From an uncultured bacterium (GTDB taxonomy: Bacteria; Desulfobacterota_D; UBA1144; Nemesobacterales; UBA2774): 64,000 nucleotides of DNA. Shown here piece by piece: positions 9,642-20,280 of the stretch. The notes under the pieces are model-generated. The model did not search any database. It had not been told where the DNA came from and was given only the letters and a program-made list of their open reading frames with translations. The first letter of the stretch is position 1; every line of letters begins with the position of its first letter. The DNA lies in the NCBI GenBank assembly GCA_963825135.1, contig CAWGRW010000009.1, positions 1,025,008 through 1,089,007 on the forward strand, written 5' to 3'. Both the position numbers and the translations under genes were made by a program.

Positions 9642-9956
9642 GCGGATTAAATCCCGGAATCTGCCTTATGTAGCTGTATGTTCCTGATTAAAAAATCTGT
9701 TTGTAAGGCGGGAGCGATAACTACGATTGAATTATGGTAACACAAATGAGGGTCGGCTTCTGTCATATTGAGTTATTACTTCAAACCTCGGTTTTTAAGT
9801 TTTAGTTTAAGTTTAGGATATTCCCCCATATATGTCAACAAAAGTCATGGACTTGCATATGCCCGATGGAACTTGGAACTACTCGCCGGTCCCGGATCAA
9901 CTCAAGCGCCATCAATTAATACAATGAATAGCGAGACCGGGCCCGAATGAGTGCGA

Positions 9957-12900
9957 TTACCGCTGGGCGTAGTTTTCTCCCCGCCGCCTCCCTCTCAGAC
10001 GGGAGAGGGAAAGTTTGGGGACGTAGCTCTGAATCTTGTCCATATATATATAAAAGACGGGCGTAAGGTACAGGGTGATGAGCTGAGAGAAAAGGAGGCC
10101 GCCTACCACAGTCAGGCCCAGCGGTCGTCGCGACTCGGCTCCCGCACCGCTGCTGAGAGCCAGCGGCAGCGCACCCAGGAGCGCAGCCATAGTAGTCATC
10201 ATGATAGGACGGAAGCGGATGAGACAGCCCTGGTAAATCGCTTCGACGGGGCCCTTTCCCTCGTTCCTCTGCGCATCGAGCGCGAAATCGATCTGCATTA
10301 TCGCGTTCTTCTTGACTATTCCGATAAGCATTATCAGCCCTACAAAACCGTAGACGTTTAGCTCCATGCCGAAAATAAAAAGAATGAGCAGAGCCCCGAA
10401 CCCAGCCGAGGGGAGTCCCGAGAGAATCGTTACGGGATGAATGAAGCTCTCGTACAGAATCCCGAGGATCATATATATGACCAGGATCGAGAAAATAAGC
10501 AGGAGACCGAGTCCTCCGAGCGACTTCTGAAACTCCTGAGCGACGCCCTGGAACGTCGTGCTCATATTCGGGCGGCAGCGTATCGTGTACGGCCTTGTTA
10601 ATGCTGCTTACCGCTTCCCCGAGCGAAACCCCGGGTTTCAGATTGAACGAAATTGAGACAGCCGGGAACTGCCCCAGATGGTTTATGGTTTTAGGGCCGA
10701 GGTTCTCTTTAAAAGTCGCGACCGTATCGAGCGGGATCAAGTGCTTGTCGGACGAATTGATATAGAGCTTCGACAGCGCCTCCGGGTCCATCTGATATTC
10801 AGGTTCGAGCTCCATGATAACCTTAAACTGATTCGTCGGCGCATATATGGTAGATACCCAGCTGTCGCCGTAAGCGTTGTTTAACGCATTCTCTATCTGG
10901 CCCGGCGACACGCCGAGGACGGCGGCTTTATCCCTGTCGATCTCTACATTCACTTGAGGATTTTTGATCTCGAGATCGCTCGTCACGTCCTGGAGCTCCG
11001 GCATGCCGCGCATTTTTTCTTCGAGTATAGGGGCGTATTTGTAGAGCTCCTCCAGATCGGGGCTCTGCACCGTGAACTGATAAAGGCTTTTTGACAGCTG
11101 TCCTCCGAGGCGTATCTCCGGCGGGTCCTGCAGGTATGCCGTTACGCCGGGCACCTCCGCGAGCTTGGGCCTCAGCTCCTCAATAATCTCCGAAGAAGAA
11201 GGACGCTTGGAGCGTGGAACGAGGTGGAAAAACATTCTCCCCTGGTTAAGCCCGCTCGTACCCGACCCTCCCGAGCCTATCGCCGAAAAAAACGCGTCGA
11301 CGTAAGGGCTCTTCCTGGCTTCATCGGCTACCGCCATCTGGTATTCCTTCATCTTGTCAAACGATGTCCCCTGCGCCGCCTCCGTAATCGCAAATATAGT
11401 GCCCTGATCCTCATTAGGCAGAAACCCCTTGGGTATTTTTACAAACAGGAATGCGGTGAAGATAAGAATCACTCCGTTCAACAATAAAAATGCCCTGCGG
11501 TGCTCGAGCACCCGCGTGAGGCTCCATTCGTAGGCCCTGAACATGGAGTCGAAATATCTCTCTGTCACGTTATAGAGGCGCCCGTGTGTTTTCTCCTTTT
11601 CGCTCCTGAGAAAGCGGCTGCAGAGCATCGGGGTAAGGGTAAGCGACACGAAACCCGATATAAGTATCGCGGCCGTGATCGATACGGCGAACTCGTTGAA
11701 GAGCCTTCCTATAACGCCGCCCATCAGGAGCACTGGAATGAATACGGCGGCGAGCGAGAGCGTCATCGAGACGAGCGTAAAGCTTATCTCCTTCGATCCG
11801 TCGAGAGCCGCCTCGATCGGGCTCTTACCCATCTCCAGGTGCCTGACTATGTTCTCGAGCATGACAATCGCGTCATCGACCACAAAACCCGTCGCAAGTA
11901 TGAGGGCCATCATGGAAAGGTTATTCATGCTGAACCCGAGCATGTACATGACGATGAACGTCCCCACTATCGAGAGAGGGAGCGCGAGGCTCGGGATAAC
12001 CGTTGCGGAGAGGTTCCTCAGGAAAAGAAATATGACCATGACGACAAGGCCCAGGGTCAGAAGCATGGTGAACTTCACCTCGGACATCGATTCCCTGATC
12101 GAAGCGGAACGGTCATAGAGAAGGTGGAGCTGTACCGACGGGGGGAGGTATGCCTTGAGTTTCGGCACGACCTCCTTGACCGCGTCCGCGACGGCTACGG
12201 AATTCGTTCCGGGCTGACGCTGTACGGCTAACACGACCGCCCTTATCGACCCCTGGGGCGTCACAAACCATGCCGCGTTCTTATCCTCTTCAACGCTGTC
12301 GATTACCCTTCCCAGCTGTCCGAGGCGTACGGGAGAGCCGTCCCGGTAGGCTACTATGATGTCGCGGTAAGGCTCTGCGCTGTAAAGCTGACCGGTGGCG
12401 AGGACGGTAAACGCCTTATCATGACCGTAGAGCGTCCCGGTCGGCAGGTTCACGTTCGCGTTCCTGACCGCATTCTCCACCTCGTTTATTCCGATGCCCT
12501 TACTCGAAAGCGCATCCGGGTCGAGCTGTATCCTGACAGCGTATTTCTGAGAACCGAAGATCTGGACCTGCGCCACGCCGCTGACCATGGAAACACGCTG
12601 TCCTATGATGGTATCGGCGTATTCATTGAGCTCCCAGAGCGGGAGGGTGTCCGAGACAACGGCAAAATACAGAATCGGCTGATCTGCGGGGTTCACCTTC
12701 CTGTAGGTGGGCGGCTGGGGCATGTCCTGGGGGAGAAGCGGTGTTGCGCGGGAAATAGCGGTCTGGACGTCCTGGGCGGCTGAGTCGAGCTGCCTGCTGA
12801 GGTCAAACTGGAGCGTGATTTGGGTCGCGCCGAGCGCGTTCACGGAGGTCATGGAGCTCACGCCATCGATCGTTGAGAACTGACGCTCGAGCGGCGTGGC

Positions 12901-13089
12901 CACAGAGGACGCCATCGTTTCGGGGCTTGCTCCCGGAAGACTCGCGGTCACGAGGAGAGTCGGAAAATCCACATTCGGCAGGTCGCTCACAGGGAGAGCC
13001 CTGTAACCCACAATCCCGAAAAGCAGGATGCCGACCATTATGAGCGTCGTCATAATGGGTCTGCGAATGAAAATCCCGGATATGTTCAA
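9957..13089 (-). pseudogene. RND efflux transporter, AcrB/HAE1-like, interrupted by a frameshift near 10562
   Basis: The N-terminal ~840 aa (frame A, 13089 downwards) is AcrB-like through ...TLPPEYE. The C-terminal TM10-12 region is encoded in frame B (ORF 9957..10565, ...LYESFIHP...[36 protein letters not shown]...). The frame A read-through tail (9916..10560) is Arg/Gly-rich nonsense. Confidence 0.8.
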
Positions 13090-13128
13090 CTGCCTTTTCC
13101 CTCCGTCCGAACGTCAAAAAGGCCCGTT

Positions 13129-14319
13129 TCAGGCCTCATTTTCCTTGCCTTCCTTAATAGTCACCTTGACCCCGGGGGCCAGACGGAGCTGTCCCTCGGT
13201 GACTACCCGCTCCCCGGGCTTGAGCCCCTCGAGAATCACGACGTCCTGCCCTGATTTCACCCCTTCGACTACAGGCCGGGACTCCACCGTAGAGTCGGAC
13301 GCGACTACGAATACGTACGTTCCGTCCCTGCCCGTCTGAACTGCCTTTGCGGGTACTAGAATTGCGTTTTTCTGCGTTGTAAGGGTAAGCGACACGTTTA
13401 CGAACTTCCCCGGCCAGAGTGCTTCGTCTTCATTCCGGAAAACCCCCTTTAGCATAATCGTACCCGTCGCCTCGTTTACCTCGTTATTAATAAAATTGAG
13501 ATCCCCCTCAACCGCCCGGGACTCGGCATGGGAACCCGTGTCCGATGCGGGCTCTTGCTTCAAAGCGCTCACCGGGGAGGAGGATTTGCCCTCGGGAATT
13601 TCCGCGTAGACCTTGAGACCCCCTTCGGACGCCAAATAATTCTTGATGTCGGACAGGTACTGCTCGGGCAGGGAAAAATTCACATTGACGGGTTTCGTCT
13701 GGTTGACGACTGCAAGAATAGTCTTCCTCTTCTCGACTGTGTTCCCTGTATGTACGAGTATCTCGCCTATGCGCCCGTCTATGGGCGAGCGTATGGAGCA
13801 ATACTCAATATCGAGCTTCGCTTTTTCCGCCGCTGCCGCGTCCGCCCTTACGGCCGCTTCGAGGGCCTGATAATCGGCGCTGTACTGCTCGAACTGCTGC
13901 TCGGAGACGACGCCCCTCTTGACGAGGTCTTCATACCGCCTCGCGTCCTCTTTCGCCTTTTTCATCTGGGCCGTATCCCTTGCCGTGTTGGCTTCGGATC
14001 CCCTGTACACGTATTCGAAAGGGCGCGTGTCTAAAAGAAAAAGCATATCTCCCTTTTTAACGCTATCCCCTTCTTTAAAATAAATTTGCTCAAGCTCTCC
14101 GTCCACCTGCGGCTTGATTTCCACTGTCGAATACGCCTCGACGTTCCCCACGGCGTGAAGCTGAAGCGGCACGTCCCTTTGCTCGACCGTTGCTACCCTG
14201 ACGGGAACGCTTGCCGCCTGTACTTGCTGACCCGGCTCGTCGCTGCCCCCGGAACAAGCTGCTATACAAATTAAAATTGCGGTATGTAAGAATACGTAAA
14301 CCGACCGGCGACGAGTCAT
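13129..14319 (-). CDS. RND efflux periplasmic adaptor (membrane fusion protein, AcrA/MexA family), lipoprotein
   Basis: 396 aa. Lipoprotein signal (LICIAACSG), then biotinyl/lipoyl-like, beta-barrel and MP domains typical of the HlyD/AcrA family. It sits immediately upstream of the RND pump gene. Confidence 0.8.
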   Translation of the reverse strand: MTRRRSVYVFLHTAILICIAACSGGSDEPGQQVQAASVPVRVATVEQRDVPLQLHAVGNVEAYSTVEIKPQVDGELEQIYFKEGDSVKKGDMLFLLDTRPFEYVYRGSEANTARDTAQMKKAKEDARRYEDLVKRGVVSEQQFEQYSADYQALEAAVRADAAAAEKAKLDIEYCSIRSPIDGRIGEILVHTGNTVEKRKTILAVVNQTKPVNVNFSLPEQYLSDIKNYLASEGGLKVYAEIPEGKSSSPVSALKQEPASDTGSHAESRAVEGDLNFINNEVNEATGTIMLKGVFRNEDEALWPGKFVNVSLTLTTQKNAILVPAKAVQTGRDGTYVFVVASDSTVESRPVVEGVKSGQDVVILEGLKPGERVVTEGQLRLAPGVKVTIKEGKENEA

Positions 14320-14509
14320 GAAGTTTTTCCTCCCGTCCGTATTATTCGAAAATGACCTGAGATAAGTTTATCCACTTCCTATATACCTCATACCATCCAC
14401 CCGGAAAGCCATGCAAGACCGATCGGCCGGCAGTGAAAGTTACCAATACTCAGCGGATATCAGGTTCCCCTGATGATTGCACGCCAGGCGAAACCCTCTA
14501 CAGAAAGTG

Positions 14510-14527
14510 TAAGTAAGTGCTTACTTA
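14510..14527. promoter_or_regulatory. Inverted repeat TAAGTAAG-tg-CTTACTTA upstream of the RND efflux operon (candidate operator)
   Basis: Perfect 8-bp arms. It lies ~190 bp upstream of the adaptor gene start at 14319. Confidence 0.3.
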
Positions 14528-14645
14528 GACCTAATAAATATCCGTAACATTGTCCGGGTTGTCAATTTATAATCGATGTAAATGCTCTTTTTCTCTTTCA
14601 TTCCGGGTTCCCGGCTAATCGGAACTACGGCCCTCAGGTCGCACT

Positions 14646-15221
14646 CTACTTGTTCGGAGAAATCTTTTCCCAAACCTGATTTGTCACAGGCGGGGCGGAC
14701 GGCGTCGTAACATGGATGAACCGATAGCCCGAAGAGCTATGACAATCGTTGCAGGCATATAGAGCTTTATTATACGAATCCGTGAACGCCGCGAGACTTT
14801 GTTCGTCAATTGCTCTTTGCATATCCGCAACTTGAGGCCCGAGTACGGATTTAATTTCAACTGAAATATCTACATTATTTCGGGATACGTTTAAGCCGGC
14901 AACGGCATCCATAGTTTCCGAGGTCTCGTGAAGCTCGTAATCTGCAAGGTCCCAGTTCGAGGCTCCGGCGGCAAACCACATCTTTGCCATATGCAATTGC
15001 AAGCCGGACATGTACTCGCCCAGGCCCGGGACTTGATCTTTCAGAAAACTCACCTGTTTATCGAGTGTAATTACCGACGACTCAAAAGCCGCCATCCGGG
15101 CGGAGAGTTCGCCGTTACTATCGGCTATTAACCTTTGCAATAAAGCGATTCTGAAAGAAAGAACCACTATTATGCCAAGCACGATTATAAATCCCGCGCT
15201 GACCAGGAACTTATATTTCAA
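14646..15221 (-). CDS. Membrane-anchored class II cytochrome c (cytochrome c'-like)
   Basis: 191 aa with an N-terminal TM helix. The C-terminal heme motif ACNDCHSSSGYRFI (CxxCH followed by YR) lies at the end of a predicted helical bundle, as in cytochrome c'. Confidence 0.45.
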   Translation of the reverse strand: MKYKFLVSAGFIIVLGIIVVLSFRIALLQRLIADSNGELSARMAAFESSVITLDKQVSFLKDQVPGLGEYMSGLQLHMAKMWFAAGASNWDLADYELHETSETMDAVAGLNVSRNNVDISVEIKSVLGPQVADMQRAIDEQSLAAFTDSYNKALYACNDCHSSSGYRFIHVTTPSAPPVTNQVWEKISPNK

Positions 15222-15556
15222 TGGAGGCCTCCCGTAAAATTAATGATTTCCGACCGGATATTGTTAGCTATAGATTACCCAAGGCAGGGACTAATACAGG
15301 CAGGATCGTCAGCCGGGCCGCCGTTTGGATCTCTCCCTTTCTCCTTCCCTCATGCTCTATACGTTCGGGATTTTCGTAAGACTCCGAAGACATGGAATTA
15401 CCGACTGTACAATTTGTCGGCGAAGACGGGAAGTTACTCTGCGTGCGCGGGCATCCTGCACCCGCACCGGTTTCGTATATATTTTAGTTCTTAGATTGAT
15501 TTTTATTTCATATCCCGATATAAAAAAGACAGGGAGGTTATAATAATCCCCTTACT

Positions 15557-17086
15557 ATGATCGCTAAGGTCCTGTCGAGCGCAGTCCTGGGAGTAGACGC
15601 ATACCTGGTCGAAGTCGAGGTAGACCTCGCGTTCGGCCTCCCGCAGTTCAACACCGTCGGGCTCCCCGAAGGGGCGGTCAGGGAAAGCAAAGAGCGGGTC
15701 AGGGCGGCAATAAAGAACTGCGGCTACGATTTCCCTCAGAGAAGGATTACGGTCAACCTCGCCCCCGCCGACATAAGAAAAGAGGGTTCGGCATTCGACC
15801 TCCCCATATCCCTCGGCATCCTGTCCGCGATAGGCTTGATAGACCACGAGCTCCTGAGCTCATACGTAATCCTGGGCGAGCTCTCGCTCGACGGCAGGGT
15901 AAAGCCGATAAAGGGCGCCCTGCCCTCGTCCATTTGCGCGAGGGACTCGGGGTTAAAGGGCATAATCCTCCCCCGGGAGAACGCGGATGAGGCCGCCGTC
16001 GTCGAGGGTGTGGACGTATACGCGGTCGAGTCCCTTCAGGACATTGTCGAGTTCATAGCTGGGAAGAGGGGGATCGAGCCTACAAGGATTGACGTAGGCT
16101 CGTTATTCACGAGGTCGAAGACTTACGACGTCGATTTTCACGAGGTGAAGGGGCAGGAGCATGTGAAACGCGCGCTTGAAGTCGCGGCGAGCGGCGGGCA
16201 CAACGTGCTCATGATAGGCTCCCCGGGCACGGGAAAAACGATGCTCGCCCGGAGGCTCCCGACCATACTCCCCGACATGAGCTTCGAAGAGGCGCTCGAG
16301 ACGACCAAGATATATTCCGTGTCGGGCCTCCTCCCCGACCATTCGTCGCTATACGCTACGAGGCCCTTCCGCTCCCCCCACCATACTATCAGCGACGCGG
16401 GTCTCATTGGCGGGGGTGCGATTCCCAAGCCGGGCGAGGTGAGCCTCGCTCATAACGGCGTATTATTTCTCGACGAGCTTCCCGAGTTCCGCAAAAATGT
16501 GTTAGAAGTCATGCGCCAGCCTTTGGAGGACGGCATGGTGACTATATCGAGGGCGTCCACATCGATCACGTACCCGGCCAACTTCATGCTCGTCGCCGCC
16601 ATGAACCCCTGCCCCTGCGGCTATCACGGGGATCTGCAAAAAGAATGCACGTGCTCGCCCATACAGATACAGAAGTACAGGGCCAAGGTCTCGGGCCCTC
16701 TCTTAGACAGGATAGACATTCACATAGAGGTCCCGCCCGTGAGATATAAGGAGCTCGCCGACGAAGCGGGAGGGGAAGGCTCGGCCCCTATAAAGACCCG
16801 CGTGAATATGGCGCGTGAGATACAGAAGTTGAGGTTCAAGAGGAGCAAAATCCACTCGAATTCCCAGATGTCCCCGTCCATGGTGAGGAAGGCGTCCAGG
16901 CCCGACGATAAAGGGATAAAGCTGCTTGAGACCGCGATTGATAAACTGGGCCTGAGCGCGAGGGCTTATGACCGGATACTGAAAGTCTCCCGCACTATCG
17001 CCGACCTCGAAGGTGCTGAGTCCGTCCTCGCCCACCACATATCGGAAGCAATTCAATACAGGTCCCTCGACAGGAGTCAGGTCTAG
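15557..17086 (+). CDS. comM: Mg-chelatase-like AAA+ ATPase YifB/ComM
   Basis: 509 aa. N-terminal Lon-like/ChlI domain, Walker A GSPGTGKT, and the C-terminal ComM/YifB region. Confidence 0.9.
   Translation: MIAKVLSSAVLGVDAYLVEVEVDLAFGLPQFNTVGLPEGAVRESKERVRAAIKNCGYDFPQRRITVNLAPADIRKEGSAFDLPISLGILSAIGLIDHELLSSYVILGELSLDGRVKPIKGALPSSICARDSGLKGIILPRENADEAAVVEGVDVYAVESLQDIVEFIAGKRGIEPTRIDVGSLFTRSKTYDVDFHEVKGQEHVKRALEVAASGGHNVLMIGSPGTGKTMLARRLPTILPDMSFEEALETTKIYSVSGLLPDHSSLYATRPFRSPHHTISDAGLIGGGAIPKPGEVSLAHNGVLFLDELPEFRKNVLEVMRQPLEDGMVTISRASTSITYPANFMLVAAMNPCPCGYHGDLQKECTCSPIQIQKYRAKVSGPLLDRIDIHIEVPPVRYKELADEAGGEGSAPIKTRVNMAREIQKLRFKRSKIHSNSQMSPSMVRKASRPDDKGIKLLETAIDKLGLSARAYDRILKVSRTIADLEGAESVLAHHISEAIQYRSLDRSQV
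17036..17074 (+). repeat. comM 3'-end core (copy A, the functional gene end) of a three-copy diverged repeat
   Basis: cacatatcggaagcaattcaatacaggtccctcgacagg. Compare the copies at 17750-17789 and 19699-19757. Confidence 0.6.
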
Positions 17087-17145
17087 TTCCGGATCGAGGG
17101 TACTTGTAAAGGAACGGACCGCGACCACGGGCTATGCAGTGTTTA

Positions 17146-17526
17146 TCACACGTTCCTCGGCGTCAGGTGGCTCAAAATCAAGCCCGCGACGACCCCGAGA
17201 AGGACGATCACCAATAAACTATCGACCATGGCCAGGACACGCCCGGCTACCGTGAACGGAACTATATCTCCATAGCCCACAGTCCCGGCGGTAATAATGC
17301 TCCAGTAAAGGGCGTCAAAAAAAGTGAGCTTTTGATAACCGTTTGCGAGGCGGTACTCATTCTCGAACAGCATGAACAGGGAAGGCGATATGAATGCCAC
17401 GAGTATTAAAACCCCGAGTATGAAATTAATCATCATTCTTCTCAGGCGCACCACGCGCTTTTGCTCATAAAGAAGGACGGTGTTTTTTAACCTGAAAAAA
17501 TCAGAGTCCATCGTATTTTCAGCCAC
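17146..17526 (-). CDS. Minimal two-TM potassium channel (KcsA-like pore domain)
   Basis: 126 aa. K+ selectivity filter TVGYGD, flanked by a pore helix (ALYWSIITAGT) and two TM helices. Confidence 0.7.
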   Translation of the reverse strand: MAENTMDSDFFRLKNTVLLYEQKRVVRLRRMMINFILGVLILVAFISPSLFMLFENEYRLANGYQKLTFFDALYWSIITAGTVGYGDIVPFTVAGRVLAMVDSLLVIVLLGVVAGLILSHLTPRNV

Positions 17527-17572
17527 GTGAAGATCGATTCGACAACCCGCGTTTTGAAAGGACGGTATTCAC

Positions 17573-17580
17573 GGGGGGGG
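17573..17580. repeat. Poly-G tract (8 G) 47 bp upstream of the K+ channel gene start
   Basis: acgggggggg ctttcc seen directly. Homopolymers of this length in a promoter region are slippage-prone. Confidence 0.8.
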
Positions 17581-17749
17581 CTTTCCTACACCTTTGCAAA
17601 TGCGGTCTTCGTCAAGCTCAATTACGCCCTTCGCATGCTTGGGTCGCCCGATTTCAACAACGAAAACACGATCGATCTGGCGTTCGGGTGGGTTTATTGA
17701 TTATCCGAGATCAAAGATCGGCAGTCATATTGCAGGCTAATTCTCTTTC

Positions 17750-17789
17750 CGCATATCAGTGTGAGGTCCGGTACAGGCTACTCGACAGG
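17750..17789 (+). repeat. Degenerate copy B of the comM 3' end
   Basis: cgcatatcagtgtgaggtccggtacaggctactcgacagg. This is 17/20 identical to copy A over tacagg...ctcgacagg and ~70% over 40 bp. It contains an in-frame stop, so it is non-coding. Confidence 0.5.
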
Positions 17790-18115
17790 TATGGTATCCG
17801 CTGATGATGAAAACTTCTCCGATTTAAATTCCTCATTAAGTTACGGGCATTCAAGCCGGATTTTCTCATCTGTGCCTATTGACTTTGGAAGACGTTTTTG
17901 ATTACACTCCTAAACAAAAGAGTGATTAGTAAGCTTATTCGCACGACACTCCGTATCGGGATGTTTCTACGAATTTTAATCCGCTCAATTAATAATTCGG
18001 CGGCGGAATTGGCCGAAATCCGTTCCGTCACGGTCCCGCTGATGCGAAGTCGGCGGCCGGGAATGCACCATCAGCGTTGCGGTGCTTTCGGCCAATACTA
18101 CTAGATCAGTGAGGA

Positions 18116-19551
18116 GTGCTAATGTCGACACCAAAACCCGTTTTCGTCATTCCGACATACCGTCTGCGCGATGTCGCTGAAACGGTCGAGGCGTACGACC
18201 AGCACTTCCGGCGCAACGGCCATTCCCTCGACTTGATAGTTTTCGACGATTCCAGCGGTGCGAACCAGCAGAAGTACTATCCTCTCCTCGAACAAACACG
18301 GACGCACAACCCGCTCTATTATGTCGGACCGAAGCAGAAAGAAGAGTTCTTGCATTACTTCTTCGGACGGCTGCGGGACCGCAAGCTGGAACCGCTGATC
18401 CGCAATCTGTTTCGCCCGAGCTACGGCGGGAACCGCAACTATACGCTGATGTACACGCTCGGCGATTTCATGGTCAGCGCCGATGACGATATGAGACCGA
18501 TGGCCCTCATGGAGGATAGTCCCGAGACGTTGGAGGATAACGAGGTCTGCCGAGGTAAATTGATGCGTGCCGACTCCGGCGGGTTCACCGAGAAATCGTT
18601 CGACATTCTGGCCGCGTTTTTGGACGTTCTCGGCAAGCCGGTGCGGGATATCCCCGCCAACCACGAACGCGGCGAACTGCTAATGGACACTGCGATGGAC
18701 TTAGAGACCAACACAAGCAGAGGGTTTGCGCGAGAAAACTCTCTCCTCCTGCAGACCGGAACGATCCCCGACACAGCCATTGTCAAGATGGCCCAGACGT
18801 TCCGGTCAGGGACCAACGACATCGACGCGCTCGATTTTGTCGAGATGTTCCTGGAGGACCCCACGCAGGTCCACCTCGACGACCTGAACGAGCTTTATGT
18901 ACTGGTCAACTTCCGGCCGGCAGTCACGAAGCAGAACTGGCGTATGGACTGTGGAGTGGCAGCATACGACAACGAGTTCGGCTGCCGCCGTTCTTCCCGA
19001 CTCGGCTCCGGTTCGAGGATTACATTTATCGGTTGTGGATTCAGCAAGACGGACTGGCGTCGGCGCACGTCGATGCAGCCCAACGCCACATCAAAAACAA
19101 CTACATGCGAAATCCGCTGGCGGCGGAAGTTTTCAACGAAGAAGTCGCCAACCTCCTCAAGCGCAAGATCAAAGACAGCGTGTCGAATCGGGACGAATTG
19201 AGCATCTCGTTCGACTACGACGGCGACGTAACTACCGAGGACAGTGAGGGCATCCTGGAGCTGATTACCGGGCTCCACGGTCGTATCTTGGCCGCCCAGA
19301 CGGAAGCCGGGCCGGAACGCAGCCAGGCTCTCCAGTCGTTCGCAATCAGCCTGGAGCGCAGCTTCTATGGCTTTGAGCCTGACTTTTTTCAGCAAAACCT
19401 GATCCGCATTACCGACGACGTGATCAGCCAGTTCAAAGGATCGTTAGAACTCTGGCCCGCGCTTGTGGAAATCTGCTATCTGCGGAAGCACCGGGTGGGT
19501 TTGCCGCACCAAAGGGTTAAGAACCAGACCCGAGTAAAAGATGTTATTTAG
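18116..19551 (+). pseudogene. Glycosyltransferase-like protein (GT-A-like VIPTYR...DDD motifs, possibly RGP/GT75-like) with a frameshift near 18980
   Basis: ORF 18116..19201 carries ...AAYDNEFG and then garbage. The correct continuation LPPFFPTRLRFEDYIYRLWIQQDG... is in the +1 frame (ORF 19033..19551). A single-base indel in gagttcggctgccgcc would explain it. Codon usage is richer in CGN codons than in neighbouring genes. Confidence 0.5.
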
Positions 19552-19608
19552 CCGCAACATAATGTATAGCAGAGTGAATTAGTTTTACTAAGTCGGCTAT
19601 CATCCATC

Positions 19609-19758
19609 ATGTTCGACGATAAATTTCAGCACACCAAAATCGAAACCTCGGGCGCTCTGATCAACCTCGTCCACGGGGGAAGGGGCAAGCCTCTTCTTCT
19701 CCTCACCATCACCTCATATCTAAAGCCTTACTGTACAAGTCCCTCGACAGTGATGTAA
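19609..19758 (+). pseudogene. Truncated duplicate of the 5' end of the downstream alpha/beta-hydrolase gene, fused to a comM 3'-end-like remnant
   Basis: Positions 19609-19705 are ~85% identical to 20281-20377 ([32 protein letters not shown] versus [32 protein letters not shown]). Positions 19699-19757 then resemble the last codons of comM. Confidence 0.5.
19699..19757 (+). repeat. Degenerate copy C of the comM 3' end, fused behind the hydrolase 5' fragment
   Basis: ctcctcaccatcacctcatatctaaagccttactgtacaagtccctcgacagtgatgtaa versus comM ctcgcccaccacatatcggaagcaattcaatacaggtccctcgacaggagtcaggtctag. Confidence 0.5.
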
Positions 19759-19775
19759 TCTGGTAATAAAGTTGA

Positions 19776-20246
19776 TTGGGGCTTCAGATATTGAACATGA
19801 CCGAATCAGAATTAAAAAAACTGTTAGTAAACAAGCTGCCCGGCGTAGATAACCACGGCGAGGTGGTGGAAGAAATTGGAGAAGGCAGCGTCCGCATCCG
19901 CCTGCCGTTTAAAGAGGAGTATATGGGCGAGGACATCTGGGGAAAATCGGGCTCCAGGGTCTTCTCCGGCCCTGTAACAATGGGTCTCGCCGACACCTCC
20001 ATGTATGCGTGCGTCCTGTCCGCGTTCGGGCAGGGAGTAATCCCGGTCATCGTTACCCTAACAATAAATTTCCTGAGCCCCGTAAAAGCGGCCGATCTTG
20101 TTGCGGAATCGAGAATTATAAGACGTGGAAAAAACCTGGTATATCTGGAGACATATCTCTTTAGCAACAGTATTCAGAAACCCGTCGCGCATATAACCTC
20201 GACTTATGCAATACGTGACAGGGAAAGAGCCGATGTTGGTGATTGA
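19776..20246 (+). CDS. Hotdog-fold thioesterase (PaaI/4HBT family); the start is possibly at 19797
   Basis: 156 aa. PaaI-like region GKSGSRVFSGPVTMGLADTSMYACVLSA and the overall 4HBT layout. Confidence 0.7.
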   Translation: MGLQILNMTESELKKLLVNKLPGVDNHGEVVEEIGEGSVRIRLPFKEEYMGEDIWGKSGSRVFSGPVTMGLADTSMYACVLSAFGQGVIPVIVTLTINFLSPVKAADLVAESRIIRRGKNLVYLETYLFSNSIQKPVAHITSTYAIRDRERADVGD

Positions 20247-20280
20247 AAAAGAGATACTTTGAAATTTCTATTGGAACAAC

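Noticed and set aside
9780-9830. Short tandem array of AGTTTA-like hexamers (gtttttaagttttagtttaagtttagg), as a CRISPR or regulatory repeat
   Set aside because: The units are only 6 bp, imperfect and without spacers. It is low-complexity AT-rich intergenic sequence upstream of thiL.
9916-10560. The 3' ~215 codons of the long ORF 9916..13089, as coding sequence
   Set aside because: The translation is Arg/Gly/Pro-rich nonsense. The genuine AcrB C-terminus is in the other frame (9957..10565). This is a frameshift read-through artefact.
11500-12231. 243-aa + strand ORF inside the RND gene
   Set aside because: It is antisense to a well-supported AcrB-like CDS, and its low-complexity R/H/E-rich translation looks spurious.
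17740-17790. Resemblance of gtgaggtccggtacagg to the SRP (4.5S) RNA AGGUCCGGAAGG motif
   Set aside because: There is no flanking hairpin or the rest of the SRP RNA domain IV consensus. The segment is better explained as a degenerate copy of the comM 3' end.
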